Of a stretch of DNA of 64,000 nucleotides, positions 1-10,706 are shown piece after piece (the stretch's first letter is position 1; each line of letters begins with the position of its first letter). A program made the translations under genes and the position numbers. This DNA comes from Thiotrichaceae bacterium UBA7357. Its GTDB lineage: Bacteria > Pseudomonadota > Gammaproteobacteria > Eutrophobiales > Eutrophobiaceae. The notes under the pieces were generated by a model. That model worked only from the letters and a program-made list of their open reading frames with translations. It made no database searches and was not told where the DNA came from. The stretch spans positions 120,482 through 184,481 of the forward strand of contig DKOR01000018.1 of NCBI GenBank assembly GCA_002470825.1, written 5' to 3'.

Positions 1-428
1 GGGATAAGTCCGGGCTTTAAAAAGATATCGGCGTCTAGTAAAAGCAGATAGGGCGTTTTGATTAGTTGACGGCCTTGTTCCAAAGCCCATAACTTACCAC
101 TCCAACCTTCAGGTAGTGGGGTGCCCATAACAACATGTAAATTATTCAAATTTACGGCGAGAGCTTTTTCGACAGTATCATCGGTAGATTGATCATCGAT
201 CAGTATTACATTTAGTCCTTCTCCTTGTTCTTTTAGAGCAGCGAGTGTTTTATCGATTGTTTCTGTCTCATCTCTTGCAGGAATAAGAACAGTGGTATTA
301 GATAAATCGAGGTCTTCTACTGATTGGCTATCGAGTGTTTCTCGGGTGCTCCAAGCACGACACGGTAGTAGTAATATTGCGAGCCAAATAAGCAATCCTG
401 GCATTACTGCCAAGAGTGTTATTTCCAT
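1..428 (-). CDS. Family 2 glycosyltransferase, 5' portion only (gene continues past window start); HpnB-like hopanoid-associated GT
   Basis: Reverse-strand translation from the ATG at 428..426 gives MEITLLAVMPGLLIWLAILLLP (TM) ...VLIPARDETETI...ILIDDQSTDDT...GTPLPEGWSGKLWALEQG, a GT2/DPM1-like fold with the GWxGKLWA motif recalled for HpnB. The start overlaps the hpnH stop (TAATG). Confidence 0.55.
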   Translation of the reverse strand, partial: MEITLLAVMPGLLIWLAILLLPCRAWSTRETLDSQSVEDLDLSNTTVLIPARDETETIDKTLAALKEQGEGLNVILIDDQSTDDTVEKALAVNLNNLHVVMGTPLPEGWSGKLWALEQGRQLIKTPYLLLLDADIFLKPGLI

Positions 429-1555
429 TACGCGACTTGTTTGTTACTACTGCAACTTTTGGCGGCTGTAGTTTTCGCAACTAGTTTTGGTGCGATTACC
501 TCATCTTTATAAAGTATAGGTAATTCAGGTGCCATTTCGCCATCAGTCCTAGGACCTCTCAGGAATACACCCAATGCTTTAAATGGATGGTTAACTGTGT
601 CATTGACAGCGGTAGCTTCGAAGCCGCAATGAACCATACAGTTATCACATTTTGGATTTTTTCCAGTACCGTAATTGTCCCATTCGGTTTCTTCCATTAA
701 GCCAGCAAAGGTTGATGCATATCCCTCGCCAACTAATAAATAGCAAGGTTTTTGCCAGCCAAAAACATTACGGGTTGGGTTGCCCCAAGGGGTACATTCA
801 TATGTCTGATTCCCTGCCAAGAAGTCTAAATATAAGGATGATTGATTAAAACGCCAATTTTTGCCAATGCCCAGTTTAAATAAGTCACGAAAAAGTTGTT
901 TACTCTCCGTCTTTTTTAGAAACACGTCTTGCTTAGGTGCTCTTTCATAGTGATATCCTGGGGATATAGTGACAGCCTCAACACCCAATCCCATCGCCAT
1001 GTCCATGAACTCGGCTACTTCTTCGGCGGGCTCATTTTGAAATAAAGTACAATTAATAGTGACGCGGAAACCCTTTCCAATAGCCAGTTTAATTACGCTT
1101 ATACATTTTTCGAAGACACCTTCTAGGCAAACCGAAGCATCATGTCGTTTTTTGTTACCGTCTAAATGGATAGAAAAAGTTAGATAGGGTGATGGTGTGT
1201 ATTTGTCAATATGCTTTTTTAGCAATAGGGCATTAGTGCAAAGATAAACAAATTTCTTGCGTCCAATGTAGCCATTTACTATCTGAGACATTTCTTTGTG
1301 AATCAATGGTTCACCACCAGCAATAGAGACAACAGGCGCTCCACATTCATCAATTGCATTCATGCACTCGTCATAACTTAGCCGTTTATCAAGAATCTCT
1401 TTTGGGTAATCAATCTTGCCACAACCGGCGCAAGCTAAATTACACCTGAATAAAGGCTCCAACATCAATACAAGAGGATATTTCTTTACACCACTGATTT
1501 TCTTACCGAGAATATATTTACCCATTCTGTATTGCTGAATAAAGGGGACACTCAT
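428..1555 (-). CDS. hpnH: Hopanoid biosynthesis-associated radical SAM protein HpnH (adenosylhopane synthase)
   Basis: 375 aa. CNLACAGC (CX3CX2C) lies near the N-terminus and the protein aligns end to end with recalled HpnH (LVLMLEPLFRCNLACAGCGKI..., YLCTNALLL, ECTPWG.P.RN.FGWQKPCYL, CDNCMVHCG). Confidence 0.85.
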   Translation of the reverse strand: MSVPFIQQYRMGKYILGKKISGVKKYPLVLMLEPLFRCNLACAGCGKIDYPKEILDKRLSYDECMNAIDECGAPVVSIAGGEPLIHKEMSQIVNGYIGRKKFVYLCTNALLLKKHIDKYTPSPYLTFSIHLDGNKKRHDASVCLEGVFEKCISVIKLAIGKGFRVTINCTLFQNEPAEEVAEFMDMAMGLGVEAVTISPGYHYERAPKQDVFLKKTESKQLFRDLFKLGIGKNWRFNQSSLYLDFLAGNQTYECTPWGNPTRNVFGWQKPCYLLVGEGYASTFAGLMEETEWDNYGTGKNPKCDNCMVHCGFEATAVNDTVNHPFKALGVFLRGPRTDGEMAPELPILYKDEVIAPKLVAKTTAAKSCSSNKQVA

Positions 1556-1776
1556 TGTGACAACTCCAGATTATTTAATTGATTAGCAATATCCGTTAAT
1601 TTTAATTCTAACATACTAAATCACGTCAAGATAAGTGATGTTTGAGTGAATGTACAGTCTGTGTTTTATTTATTTTTTATATAGCTATAGGCCTTACTTG
1701 TATCGCTAAATTATTGTTCTTCTTGCATGCTTCTTTGTCACTATACATAATAGACACATTTGAGAGTTAATAAGTA

Positions 1777-3675
1777 ATGGATAACGACATTAATACACCT
1801 CTTTTAGATCAGATTGATTGTCCTGCAGACCTCAGAATGCTGCCCGAATCGCAATTAGAACAGCTTGTCGAAGAACTAAGATTGTTTTTATTACACTCTG
1901 TAAGTAAAAGTGGTGGACATTTTGCAGCGAGTTTGGGGGTCACTGAATTAACGGTAGCATTACATTATCTCTATAATACGCCCGAGGATCGTCTTGTCTG
2001 GGATGTGGGACATCAGGCTTATATTCATAAAATACTGACGGGTAGAAAAGATCAATTACATAGTATTCGACAATGGGAAGGTTTAAGTCCGTTTCCAAAA
2101 CGTGGTGAAAGTGAATATGATGCCTTTGGTGTAGGCCACTCCAGTACATCTATCAGCGCTGCTTTAGGGATGTCTATTGCCGCTGTGAGAACTGGTTCCG
2201 GTCGAAAGTCTGTCGCGATTATTGGCGACGGCAGTATGACTGCTGGGATGGCTTTTGAGGCATTGAATCATGCCGGTGCTTTACATAACGATCTATTAGT
2301 TATCTTGAACGATAACAATATGGCAATTTCACCTAATGTCGGAGCCTTATCAAATCGTTTTGCACAGCTATTATCTGGAAAGTTTTATACTAGTGTTCGC
2401 AGTAACAGTAAGAGAGTGCTGTCAAATATACCTAGTGCACTTGAGATAGCGAGGCGTGCCGAAGAACATGTTAAAGGGATGATTAGCCCAGGGACATTAT
2501 TTGAAGAATTTGGATTCAACTATATAGGGCCTATAGATGGTCATGATATGCACGCTTTAATTGCAACATTAAAGAATATTCAAGAACTTAAAGGTCCTCA
2601 ATTTTTACACATTATCACTAAAAAAGGTAAAGGTTATGCGCCGGCGGAAGACGATCCAATCAAATACCATGGCGTGACGCCTTTTGACCCGAATAAAGGC
2701 ATTATTTCTTCTGTTAAGCCGTTATCAGGGCCAACCTATAGTAAAGTATTTGGTGACTGGGCCTGTGATATGGCCAAGCAAGATCATCGTTTTGTAGCGA
2801 TTACTCCTGCGATGCGCGAAGGTTCCGGCTTGGTTCAGTTTGAAAAAGAACATCCAGATAAATATTATGATGTGGCAATAGCAGAACAGCACAGTGTCAC
2901 TGTTGCAGCTGGTATGGCATGCGATGGATTGAAGCCTGTTGTCGCAATTTATTCGACGTTCTTACAACGTGCATATGACCAATTGATACATGATGTCGTT
3001 GTTCAGAAATTACCAGTACTTTTTGCTATTGACAGGGCAGGCTGTGTTGGCGCCGATGGTCCGACACATAACGGTTCATATGATTTGAGCTTTATGCGTT
3101 GTTTGCCGGATATTGTGATTATGACACCTTCTGATGAAAATGAATGTCGGCAGATGCTATATACAGGCTACCAACTTGATCAACCTGTCGCTGTTCGTTA
3201 TCCACGTGGCGCGGGCCCAGGTGTTGAAGTAGTCAAAGACATGCAGGCACTTCCTATTGGTAAGTCTGAGCTCAGGCGTAAGGGTAAAAGTCTGGCTATT
3301 TTGGCGTTTGGAACAATGGTTGAACCCTGCGAACGTATTGCGCAAGACCTCGATGCCACAATCGTGAATATGCGTTTTGTTAAACCTATTGATGAAATGC
3401 TTATTATCGATATGTGCGAAACTCATGAATTGATCATTACCGTTGAAGAGAATGCTATATCCGGTGGAGCAGGTACAGCAGTGAATGAGGTGATTGCAGC
3501 AAATCGGATCAAACAAAAAATTGCTAATTATGGTTTACCAGATAGGTTACTGCAGCATGGTTCTAGAGAGGACATGTTGAGAGACGCAAAGCTTGATTAC
3601 GAAGGGATTCTTGATTTTATTACTGGGCGGATGAACGAATATGAGATGGATTATTTTGTTAGCAGTGCGTCTTAG
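1777..3675 (+). CDS. dxs: 1-deoxy-D-xylulose-5-phosphate synthase
   Basis: 632 aa with the [22 protein letters not shown] and [22 protein letters not shown]-binding motifs. Divergent from hpnH. Confidence 0.95.
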   Translation: MDNDINTPLLDQIDCPADLRMLPESQLEQLVEELRLFLLHSVSKSGGHFAASLGVTELTVALHYLYNTPEDRLVWDVGHQAYIHKILTGRKDQLHSIRQWEGLSPFPKRGESEYDAFGVGHSSTSISAALGMSIAAVRTGSGRKSVAIIGDGSMTAGMAFEALNHAGALHNDLLVILNDNNMAISPNVGALSNRFAQLLSGKFYTSVRSNSKRVLSNIPSALEIARRAEEHVKGMISPGTLFEEFGFNYIGPIDGHDMHALIATLKNIQELKGPQFLHIITKKGKGYAPAEDDPIKYHGVTPFDPNKGIISSVKPLSGPTYSKVFGDWACDMAKQDHRFVAITPAMREGSGLVQFEKEHPDKYYDVAIAEQHSVTVAAGMACDGLKPVVAIYSTFLQRAYDQLIHDVVVQKLPVLFAIDRAGCVGADGPTHNGSYDLSFMRCLPDIVIMTPSDENECRQMLYTGYQLDQPVAVRYPRGAGPGVEVVKDMQALPIGKSELRRKGKSLAILAFGTMVEPCERIAQDLDATIVNMRFVKPIDEMLIIDMCETHELIITVEENAISGGAGTAVNEVIAANRIKQKIANYGLPDRLLQHGSREDMLRDAKLDYEGILDFITGRMNEYEMDYFVSSAS

Positions 3676-3703
3676 TTAGATAAGAATTAATAAAGATTAA
3701 TCG

Positions 3704-4786
3704 TTATTGAACAATCTTTTTCATTTCTTCAATAAATCTTTCTAAATCATTATTACTAATATCTCCCATACAAGAGATACGAAACAATGATTTGGCAAAC
3801 CCACCTTGTCCGGCATAGATGATAAAGCCAGCGTTCTTTAGTTTATCGTGTAGTTCTTCATAACTGATACCCTCAGGTAGCAGGAATGAATTTAGTACAC
3901 AGGAGGTTTCATTTCGTTCCAGTGAGGCTTTCATGTTTAATTCAAGCAAACCATTGCGAACAATGTCCATTCGTTGCCAGTATTGTTTCTGGCGTTTTCG
4001 CCAACCACCGGCATCGTTTAACTCATCTAATGCCTCGGCCAAGGCATAGAAGGTTTGTATTGATTGGGTGAAAGGTGTGCTATTGCTATCTTGTAGTTTC
4101 ATATAGGTCACAAGATCAAGATAGAGTGTGCGGGCAGGAGTTGCCGACATTTGTGTTATCGCTTCTCTATTACTGATAACGAATGAAGTGCCGGGGACAC
4201 CATGTAAACATTTATTTGCTGTTGCGGCGCAGGCAGCGATGTTCCATTCCTTGAATTTAATCTCTTCCGCACCAAAACTGCTAACGGCATCGAGCAAAAG
4301 TGGAATTCTCCCATGTTTATTAGAAAGTTCAGCAATGGCATCGATATCATTTAATCTTCCGGTGGTTGTTTCATGATGTACAACGGCAATATGGGATAGC
4401 TGTCTATTACATAGCAGCTCACTCTCTAACTTAGTCAGATCGATTTCCTCACCCCACTCATGATGAAGTATTACGTGTTCTATATTATGTGTTTTTGCTA
4501 TGTAACTTAAGCGTTCACCATAGACACCATTTTCTATAATTAAGACCTTCCCATGTGAAGGCACAAGACTAGTTATCATACCCTCCATTGCCGAGGTGCC
4601 AGAGCCAGTAAAGACTATGCTAGTCCATTGTTCTTCTGGCAGTTGATAAATATTTAGTAGATCGGTTTTGATCTTATTTTGTAATTTAATAAATTCTTGT
4701 TCACGATGACACAGATCGGGCTTTAATAGTGCCTGACGAACACGCTCACTTAAAACAACTGGACCAGGATTCAGTAATATAGTCAT
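3704..4786 (-). CDS. phnW: 2-aminoethylphosphonate:pyruvate aminotransferase (class V aminotransferase)
   Basis: 360 aa with the LLNPGPV N-terminus typical of the AGT/PhnW family. Last gene of the pepM-ppd operon. Confidence 0.75.
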   Translation of the reverse strand: MTILLNPGPVVLSERVRQALLKPDLCHREQEFIKLQNKIKTDLLNIYQLPEEQWTSIVFTGSGTSAMEGMITSLVPSHGKVLIIENGVYGERLSYIAKTHNIEHVILHHEWGEEIDLTKLESELLCNRQLSHIAVVHHETTTGRLNDIDAIAELSNKHGRIPLLLDAVSSFGAEEIKFKEWNIAACAATANKCLHGVPGTSFVISNREAITQMSATPARTLYLDLVTYMKLQDSNSTPFTQSIQTFYALAEALDELNDAGGWRKRQKQYWQRMDIVRNGLLELNMKASLERNETSCVLNSFLLPEGISYEELHDKLKNAGFIIYAGQGGFAKSLFRISCMGDISNNDLERFIEEMKKIVQ

Positions 4787-4788
4787 GA

Positions 4789-5943
4789 TTAAAAGCTGCT
4801 ATTAATATGTTTCATCAGTCTATTCAATACTTTATTTGGTGTGATGTCGGGTCTAGGTAGGTCTCCTATTGTGCCAGATGCTATTCTTAGATGGGCGAAT
4901 ACTGGCCCGTCTTGTGGTCCTATATTAAATAGCTTATCAATTATGTCGATTTCATTACTGGATAGACACACACTGTAACCACTTGCCTCTGCTACCTTCA
5001 AAAAATCGACATTACCACCAACGGTAGCTTGACCACCGGTAGAATCATGAACTTCATTATTCAATAGTATGTGGATTAGATTGTGACCTGCATAACTACC
5101 AATAGTAGCAAAATTACCCATACGCATCAGACCTGCGCCATCACCATCAATAATAACAACTTTTAAATCAGACCTAGCTAAAGCAACACCTAAACCTAAT
5201 GATGAAGCACAACCCATAGAACCCACCATATAAAAATGGTTGGAGCGATCATCGATGGCAAATAACTCACGACCGGTAAACCCTGTCGTCGCAATTAACA
5301 CTGTGTTTGCTTTAGGTGTCCGTTCGATAATTCTTTGCAAGACCTTATTACGATTAAGAGTTGATGCATCGGGATTATATGATGAATGAACAAGCGTCTT
5401 TCGTGATGAAATATCTTTCACTGGATTTTTATATAACGCCTGTGGCGCGACTGTACCTTTTTCCATTATAAAGGCGTAAGGTCTTTGTTCTTTTTTCATA
5501 TAATGATCTGCACGTTCTAGAGCTGGTCCTATATCTTCAACATTATTTGGAAATACTTCCCAAGGGACGCACATGGTGTCGAATAAATCTTTAGTTATTT
5601 GACCCATTAACTCATGTTGTGGCTCGTCTTTAATTCCAGGCTGACCACGATGAGTGCTTATAAGTAAATTTGGAATACGAAACACATAAGAAAGAGATGT
5701 TAACGGACTGATAGCGTTGCCTAGTCCTGAGTTTTGCATCATAACAACAGAACGCTGACCACCTATTGCTGCTCCTGCTGCGGTTGCTAATGCATCTCCT
5801 TCGTTAGCAGAGGAGACGTATTCCAATGTGTCATCGTTAATAACATAATTTATAAATGGTGTCAGGAATGAGCATGGCACACCCGTATAACGACTGAAAC
5901 CGAATTCGCGTGCCGCTTCAATAAATTCTTTTGCTTCGATCAA
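4789..5943 (-). CDS. ppd: Phosphonopyruvate decarboxylase (TPP-dependent)
   Basis: 384 aa with an N-terminal TPP-enzyme domain and a GDG...NN TPP-binding motif (VIIDGDGAGLMRMGNFATIG). Apparent TTG start 11 nt after the pepM stop. Confidence 0.8.
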   Translation of the reverse strand: MIEAKEFIEAAREFGFSRYTGVPCSFLTPFINYVINDDTLEYVSSANEGDALATAAGAAIGGQRSVVMMQNSGLGNAISPLTSLSYVFRIPNLLISTHRGQPGIKDEPQHELMGQITKDLFDTMCVPWEVFPNNVEDIGPALERADHYMKKEQRPYAFIMEKGTVAPQALYKNPVKDISSRKTLVHSSYNPDASTLNRNKVLQRIIERTPKANTVLIATTGFTGRELFAIDDRSNHFYMVGSMGCASSLGLGVALARSDLKVVIIDGDGAGLMRMGNFATIGSYAGHNLIHILLNNEVHDSTGGQATVGGNVDFLKVAEASGYSVCLSSNEIDIIDKLFNIGPQDGPVFAHLRIASGTIGDLPRPDITPNKVLNRLMKHINSSF

Positions 5944-5954
5944 TTTCGCTCTCT

Positions 5955-7592
5955 TTATTTTATAAAGTCGCTAGCGCGATCTATATCATCCAATGAATTT
6001 ACATCAAGCCAATGACCGTCTATATAATGAACATGGACTGGTTTCTCTTCTTGTATCAAATAATTTAACAAGTCAGGTATCGTAAGTTCATTGAAGTTTT
6101 TTGCTGACTTTAATTTTGTCAGCGCCGACTCTATCCATTCTCGGCCTTGTTTTCTGACACGCATCATCCCGATCCAGTAACCAGAAGGCTTTTTCTTAGA
6201 GGTATCAATTGAAGAAGATAGCTGTATTAATGTGACATCTTGCATAAACGGAGAACGATCATCATCTTTACTGCAATAGGCATAATCAGGATTGCCGGTT
6301 ATATTTGGATTATCCAAAGCAGAATCAACGATAATGACGACTTCCCCATCTGTTTCAATCAAGTCTCTCAGAATATATTCCCGAAACAATAGATCGCTAT
6401 AAAGAATCAACATATCGTCATTAAAATTTTCGTTTGCACAAATCAGTGTTTGTAGTTCATCACCTCTTTCGTAATCTTCATTGATACATTTCTCAATGCC
6501 GAGGAGATCTATCGCTTCCGCTTTATAACCTGCTATTACAGTAGATTTATTTATACCTACTTTTTTCAAGCCATCCATTAATCGACCTAGTAAGGTTTTA
6601 CCGCCAATACTGATCATCGCCTTTGGTTTATCATGTGTCAGCTCTCGTAATTCACTGCCCCTGCTTGCAGCTAGGATGACGGCATGGACATCTGATTTTT
6701 GTACTAAATATCTATCTTGTGCCTGACTTAATTCATCAGCACCTTGTAACTGAAAGATATGATCAACACTGGCAATTTTATCTTCAATATCGGCTAGAGA
6801 TTCTGAATCAAAAATAGCTTTACTAGTTTTTTCCATTTCATGAACAGAAGAGCGAATTAAATGATTGGCCCAAATAACCAAATTAATTCCTGCCTTACGA
6901 AAGGCATCTGTTGGTGTACTATAATATTTAGTTGGGACAATAACCAAGGGTGAGCGCTCAGCCCATTCTTTTGCAAAGGTGAGGATCTCATCTGGTCTGG
7001 AGAGTTTACTATGAATCAATACACCATCAGCACCGGCTTGACGATAGGCCTCTGCTCGCTTCAGTGCTTCATTTAATCCCCAGCCGGCAATCAGCGCTTC
7101 AACTCTCGCAACGATACTAAAATCATCATCGGATTGACTATCTTTACCTGCTTTAATTTTGCCACAAAATTCATCAATATCGGCCAAGGGTTGTTTGTTA
7201 CCATCGATAAAGCTATTTGTTTTTGGAAATTGTTTATCCTCTATACAAACGCCAGCAATATCACGTTGTTCTAGTTTTACGACAAGTCGACGCATATTGT
7301 TGAAATTACCATAACCGGTATCACCATCTAACAAGATTGGAATGCTTGTTGCGTCAGACATAAACTCTAGCATGTCGACTACCTGAGTCCAGCTTGCTTC
7401 GTTGCTGTCACGCACACCAAATTGTGCTGATATGGCAAGACCACTACCCCAGATACCTTTAAAACCGGCACTTTCTACAATACTTGCAGAAATACCATTA
7501 TGTGCTTCCAGAATGAATTCAAGTTCATTTGATTCAAGCAAAGAGCTTAGTTGTTTACACTTGCTAATTTTTTCACGACTATTTTTAGACAT
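5955..7592 (-). CDS. pepM: Phosphoenolpyruvate phosphomutase fused to a C-terminal LicC/CTP-transferase-like nucleotidyltransferase domain
   Basis: 545 aa. The N-terminal ~290 aa are an ICL/PEP mutase fold ([10 protein letters not shown]..., EDKQFPK..NSF); the C-terminal ~250 aa carry the NTase motif ([14 protein letters not shown]...[12 protein letters not shown]). Confidence 0.85.
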   Translation of the reverse strand: MSKNSREKISKCKQLSSLLESNELEFILEAHNGISASIVESAGFKGIWGSGLAISAQFGVRDSNEASWTQVVDMLEFMSDATSIPILLDGDTGYGNFNNMRRLVVKLEQRDIAGVCIEDKQFPKTNSFIDGNKQPLADIDEFCGKIKAGKDSQSDDDFSIVARVEALIAGWGLNEALKRAEAYRQAGADGVLIHSKLSRPDEILTFAKEWAERSPLVIVPTKYYSTPTDAFRKAGINLVIWANHLIRSSVHEMEKTSKAIFDSESLADIEDKIASVDHIFQLQGADELSQAQDRYLVQKSDVHAVILAASRGSELRELTHDKPKAMISIGGKTLLGRLMDGLKKVGINKSTVIAGYKAEAIDLLGIEKCINEDYERGDELQTLICANENFNDDMLILYSDLLFREYILRDLIETDGEVVIIVDSALDNPNITGNPDYAYCSKDDDRSPFMQDVTLIQLSSSIDTSKKKPSGYWIGMMRVRKQGREWIESALTKLKSAKNFNELTIPDLLNYLIQEEKPVHVHYIDGHWLDVNSLDDIDRASDFIK

Positions 7593-7611
7593 TTTTATAT
7601 TTAGCTAATGA

Positions 7612-8361
7612 TTAATAATTGATAGGTGATAATTTAGGGATTATCTCATTTTGGGCACGTTCAATATCTTCAGGAAAATCTATTTCGATCCAAGGAATGC
7701 CAGTAACATCTTCATAGCCAAATTGCTCGGGATATATTAATAATAGATCGCGAATTGCTTCTTCATACGGTGTATTGTTTTTGTTTTTTGCAAGATAGTC
7801 ATTTATTCGCCCAAGCAATGATGTGCCTATTAGCTTAGTAAACTTGAAAAAGCCGACTGATTCACCTTGTATAGCGTAATCAAGCTTTTCATCGATATTT
7901 TTTCTAAACTCATTTATTTGAGCATTTTTATCAACACAAATTTTTACAGGTTCATTACCAGGGATAAAATCACGGTCGAGCAAAAGGCAGTTTTTTATAT
8001 TCGTATTGATCAGACGAGTTATCATTTCATGACCATACAGAACATCAGCATCCATCAAAATAAATTCAGATTCATTGTATAGTGTTTCTTGTGCACAACT
8101 AAGGCTGATAATACTTCCTTCGGCATAACGATCATTATAAATATAGTTTATTGGTATTGTTTCATTGCTGAGATGAGTCTTTATCATTTCAGACTGATAG
8201 CCAGTGACTATTGTTATTTCTTCGATATGATTTGCCGAAAGAATTTCAATATGACGCTTTAATAGACTTTTCCCTTCAAACTTCAGTAATGACTTAGGTT
8301 GATTGGCAGCATGCATACCGAGTCTGTTACCAATGCCTGCGGCAAGAATAATAGCCTTCAT
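7612..8361 (-). CDS. LicC-like nucleotidyltransferase (CTP:phospho-base cytidylyltransferase family)
   Basis: MKAIILAAGIGNRLG N-terminus from the ATG at 8361..8359. The ORF is open further upstream to 8505, but that extension has no NTase similarity. Confidence 0.7.
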   Translation of the reverse strand: MKAIILAAGIGNRLGMHAANQPKSLLKFEGKSLLKRHIEILSANHIEEITIVTGYQSEMIKTHLSNETIPINYIYNDRYAEGSIISLSCAQETLYNESEFILMDADVLYGHEMITRLINTNIKNCLLLDRDFIPGNEPVKICVDKNAQINEFRKNIDEKLDYAIQGESVGFFKFTKLIGTSLLGRINDYLAKNKNNTPYEEAIRDLLLIYPEQFGYEDVTGIPWIEIDFPEDIERAQNEIIPKLSPINY

Positions 8362-8906
8362 AATCTTGTTATTTATACCTTTGTGTAAATGGTTCTTGAA
8401 CCAAAGGACTTCAAGTCCCTCATTTGCAACTATCAGGAATAGTTGGATTGTATCATTGTTACAAAAAATGTCCTTATGTACATTTGCAGATGAAAATATA
8501 GTCATGAATAATATATGTTAATAAGCCATTATGAATGATTATAATCAATATAATTAGCCCTATAAATAAATATTACTGAGCAACTTGACGATGAGAGTAT
8601 GTGATTCATTTGTCAAAGAGCAATGAATTATCGGTCAGGCAAGGTACTATTTTAGGGTAAGTCTTGATTAATTGCTGGCTTCATGGGTTATATTAAAATT
8701 GTAAGTAAGTATGCAAATACACAAAATTGTTTTTCATCTCTATGGCATGATTTCTGTAAAATCAAATCAACTAATATATCTTCGGCTAATACTTTCTTTT
8801 TTTATTTAATTCAAATTGAATATCTATTATTTTTTACTCGACTATCTATGCAGGTCATTAATTGAAAAATTTTTTGTAATTATATTCATGTACGTTTCTC
8901 GAACAA

Positions 8907-10496
8907 TCAATTTTTACAAGAGTTATGTTGTTTATATAGATTGATTAGATTCTGTGTGGATGAGTCCATTCCTTTTGATGCTACCGTGTCTTCTAAATTA
9001 TCATTAATCTTAACAGCAAGCTTTTTTCCTAGCTCGACACCATGCTGATCAAAAGAGTTAATATCCCAGAGTAGGCCCTGTACAAATGTTCTGTGTTCAT
9101 AAATTGCAATCAAAGATCCTAGCGTTTTTGGTGTTAGCTTAGAATACAAAATAGTTGTACTTGGCTTGTTGCCGGGAAAATATTTTTTTGGGTCAGAGTT
9201 TTTTTCCCCTTGCATTAAAGCTTGACTCTGAGCAAAGCAGTTAGCAACTAATTGTGCATGATGCGTTTTATTTCCTTTTTTTGATAATGGCACAAGAAAA
9301 TCAATTGGGACGAAATGAGTTCCTTGGTGGAGTAATTGAAAAAATGAGTGTTGAGAGTTTGATCCTGTTGAACCCCAGACAATGGGCATTGTTTTGTAAT
9401 TAATGGGTTCGCCATTTAAATTAAATGATTTACCATTACTCTCCATAAAAAGTTGAGCGAGATAATCTGGAAAAAGTCTCAGTGATTCGTCATAAGGAAT
9501 GAATGCGTGTGTTTGTGCATCAAAGAAATTGGAATACCAATAATCAACTAAAGCAAGGATAATAGGGATATTTTTTTCTATTGTTGTTTTAGAAAAATGT
9601 TCATCTACCTCATGGGCGCCAGAAAGCAAGTCTTCGAAGTTATTGAAACCAATTGATAATGCAATAGGTAGTCCAATTGAAGACCATAATGAAAAACGGC
9701 CGCCTACCCAATCCCACAACTCAAAAATATTTTCACTCGTTATACCAAATTCACGTGCCGCATCGAGATTATTAGAAACGGCTACAAAATGTTTTCCAAT
9801 ATCATCACACCCAATTTTTTGCATCCATGTTTTTAGCGTCCTCGCATTTGTTAACGTTTCTATTGTTTTAAATGATTTAGATGAAACAATGAATAATGTT
9901 GTTTCAGGATTTATTGATTTTTGTAGAGATTCGATTGTTTGATAATCAATATTAGATATAAAAAAGGATCGTAAGTCATCATGTCGATATTTTTCTAGGG
10001 CATCAACTACCATTTTCGGACCTAGATCGGAACCGCCAATTCCTATATTAACAAAAGTATCAATAGGTTTGTTTGTCCATCCACGATGAGTTTTGTCATG
10101 AACCTTTTCAACAAAAGCTTTAATTCTATTGAGCTCAGCATGAACTTTTCCAACGATATCTTTATTATCTACTTCAATTTTTTGTCTAATTGTAGCTCTC
10201 AGCGCTGTGTGTAGCGCAGCACTATTTTCTGTTGTATTAATCTTCGCACCAGCGAACATTGATCTTATAGATTCTTCAACCTTTGATGCTTTTGCAAACT
10301 TGAAAAGTAATCCTAATGTCTCATCAGTAATAATGTTTTTAGAAAAATCTATGTAAAGTGTAGATAGTTGTTGCATATAGTTTTTGCCACGGTGTTGATC
10401 ATCCATAAATAAATCATGCAAATGGATATTATGACTTGCTTCAAAATGGACTGATAGTTGATGAAGGATCTCTTGCTTATCATTAGGAAGATTCAT
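8907..10496 (-). CDS. pgi: Glucose-6-phosphate isomerase
   Basis: 529 aa with the PGI signature (GGRFSLWSSIGLPIALSIG, SNGKS). Confidence 0.95.
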   Translation of the reverse strand: MNLPNDKQEILHQLSVHFEASHNIHLHDLFMDDQHRGKNYMQQLSTLYIDFSKNIITDETLGLLFKFAKASKVEESIRSMFAGAKINTTENSAALHTALRATIRQKIEVDNKDIVGKVHAELNRIKAFVEKVHDKTHRGWTNKPIDTFVNIGIGGSDLGPKMVVDALEKYRHDDLRSFFISNIDYQTIESLQKSINPETTLFIVSSKSFKTIETLTNARTLKTWMQKIGCDDIGKHFVAVSNNLDAAREFGITSENIFELWDWVGGRFSLWSSIGLPIALSIGFNNFEDLLSGAHEVDEHFSKTTIEKNIPIILALVDYWYSNFFDAQTHAFIPYDESLRLFPDYLAQLFMESNGKSFNLNGEPINYKTMPIVWGSTGSNSQHSFFQLLHQGTHFVPIDFLVPLSKKGNKTHHAQLVANCFAQSQALMQGEKNSDPKKYFPGNKPSTTILYSKLTPKTLGSLIAIYEHRTFVQGLLWDINSFDQHGVELGKKLAVKINDNLEDTVASKGMDSSTQNLINLYKQHNSCKN

Positions 10497-10706
10497 GCTT
10501 TTTATTTCTCAGCGTATTAATTAGTTCAAAGGTTCAGTTGGCTGATTTTTGAGTCGAATTATATTAATAAAATTCTAATCAGATAGACTAATGATCTAAA
10601 TTATACACCGTAATGAACTAATATGAGCCTTAATTTATTGCAGATGAATATAATTAAGAATGATATTAAATATCAAAGCTATATATTCATTATTGATGTA
10701 ATCATG

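Noticed and set aside
1940-4376. Several antisense or alternate-frame ORFs inside dxs and phnW (1940..2149, 3157..3516, 3886..4071, 4128..4376, 4156..4350). Similar nested short ORFs occur throughout the window, for example 7402..7608, 9643..9942, 23648..23878, 32671..33009, 46252..46577 and 57123..57407.
   Set aside because: All lie inside confidently identified conserved genes, are 60-120 codons and show no domain signatures. They are typical chance ORFs in AT-rich DNA.
7612-8505. The full 297-aa ORF for the LicC-like gene as given by the ORF track.
   Set aside because: The first 48 codons (MTIFSSANVHKDIFCNND...) have no nucleotidyltransferase similarity. The canonical MKAIILAAGxGxRL N-terminus begins at the internal ATG at 8361, which was used instead.
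8506-8906. 400-bp AT-rich spacer between the phosphonate operon and pgi, with a 60-aa ORF (8683..8865). Considered as a small protein or riboswitch.
   Set aside because: The ORF translation is low-complexity (FFFYLIQIEYLLFF) and no riboswitch-like conserved core is visible. Most likely the promoter/leader region of the phosphonate operon.
10540-10560. An 8-nt match (GAGTCGAA) to the tRNA-Arg 3' half, upstream of the CBS gene, as a possible attL/attR direct repeat delimiting a kinase-CBS islet.
   Set aside because: It is only 8 nt with mismatches on both sides; such matches are expected by chance in 64 kb. There is no integrase gene or remnant nearby.
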